From IMG/VR virus record IMGVR_UViG_2563366822_000004: a stretch of 6,706 nt of DNA. One strand, written 5' to 3'. The position numbers were made by a program, and so were the translations under genes. Below the pieces are notes generated by a model that made no database searches, was not told where the DNA came from, and saw only the letters and a list, made by a program, of their open reading frames with translations. Every line of letters begins with the position of its first letter. Position 1 is the stretch's first letter. Source of the stretch: a virus. Lineage: Duplodnaviria > Heunggongvirae > Uroviricota > Caudoviricetes. Positions 6,497 to 6,706 of the stretch are shown here, in pieces.

Positions 6497-6706
6497 TGAA
6501 GTGGTCAACAAAAACTGGCCACCGAGTTAGAGTTTTTCCAGTATCGATTTTCCGATTCGTTTGGGGGTAATCCACCGTTATATTCGTGCGGTCTTAGTGC
6601 GCTGTAATATCCAACGATATAGTCCGTTATGGCGTGAGCTGCCTCGCTGAAGCTTACGTAACCCACCACCGGCATCCATTCGTTCTTCAGACTCCTGAAG
6701 AAGCGT
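6497..6706 (-). mobile_element. IS3-family insertion sequence, terminal ~210 bp (IS911-like right end); element continues beyond the window end
   Basis: The sequence starts with TGAAGTGGTCAACAAAAACTGGCCACC at 6497 (TG...CA-type IS3-family terminus) exactly where endolysin homology ends. The minus strand encodes a transposase C-terminus that ends inside this terminal repeat, as is typical of IS3-family orfB. IS911 identity is from memory of the terminal sequence, not a search. Confidence 0.8.
6505..6706 (-). CDS. IS3-family transposase OrfB (DDE integrase), C-terminal 66 aa, partial
   Basis: Minus-strand translation RFFRSLKNEWMPVVGYVSFSEAAHAITDYIVGYYSALRPHEYNGGLPPNESENRYWKNSNSVASFC ending at the TGA at 6507..6505. 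The FFxSLK...E and RPHxxNGGL(S/P)P motifs are the conserved C-terminal signature of IS3-family OrfB. Confidence 0.85.
   Translation of the reverse strand, partial: RFFRSLKNEWMPVVGYVSFSEAAHAITDYIVGYYSALRPHEYNGGLPPNESENRYWKNSNSVASFC

Noticed and set aside
6345-6530. 61-aa plus-strand ORF
   Set aside because: Antisense to the endolysin fragment and crossing the IS junction; no supporting signals.

Overview
The window is a lambda-like (lambdoid) prophage segment spanning the joined genome ends at cos, with the phage map running right-to-left (late genes on the minus strand). From low to high coordinates: portal gpB (C-terminal end runs off the window start), gpW, terminase large subunit gpA, terminase small subunit Nu1, cosB/cosN/cosQ, an AT-rich cargo (moron) region carrying a small plus-strand RHH-like gene, the spanin pair Rz/Rz1, a 3' endolysin remnant, and the end of an IS3-family (IS911-like) element that truncates the endolysin and runs off the window end. 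Protein identities were recognised by recalling lambda sequences from memory against my own translation; no search was run. No large undescribed multi-gene system is evident. The unexplained content is small: a conserved-looking 61-aa RHH-like gene with an upstream palindrome next to cos, a 46-aa hydrophobic ORF in the AT-rich region, a 32-aa transmembrane ORF coupled to Rz in an atypical R-Rz spacer, and the IS-disrupted lysis cassette.
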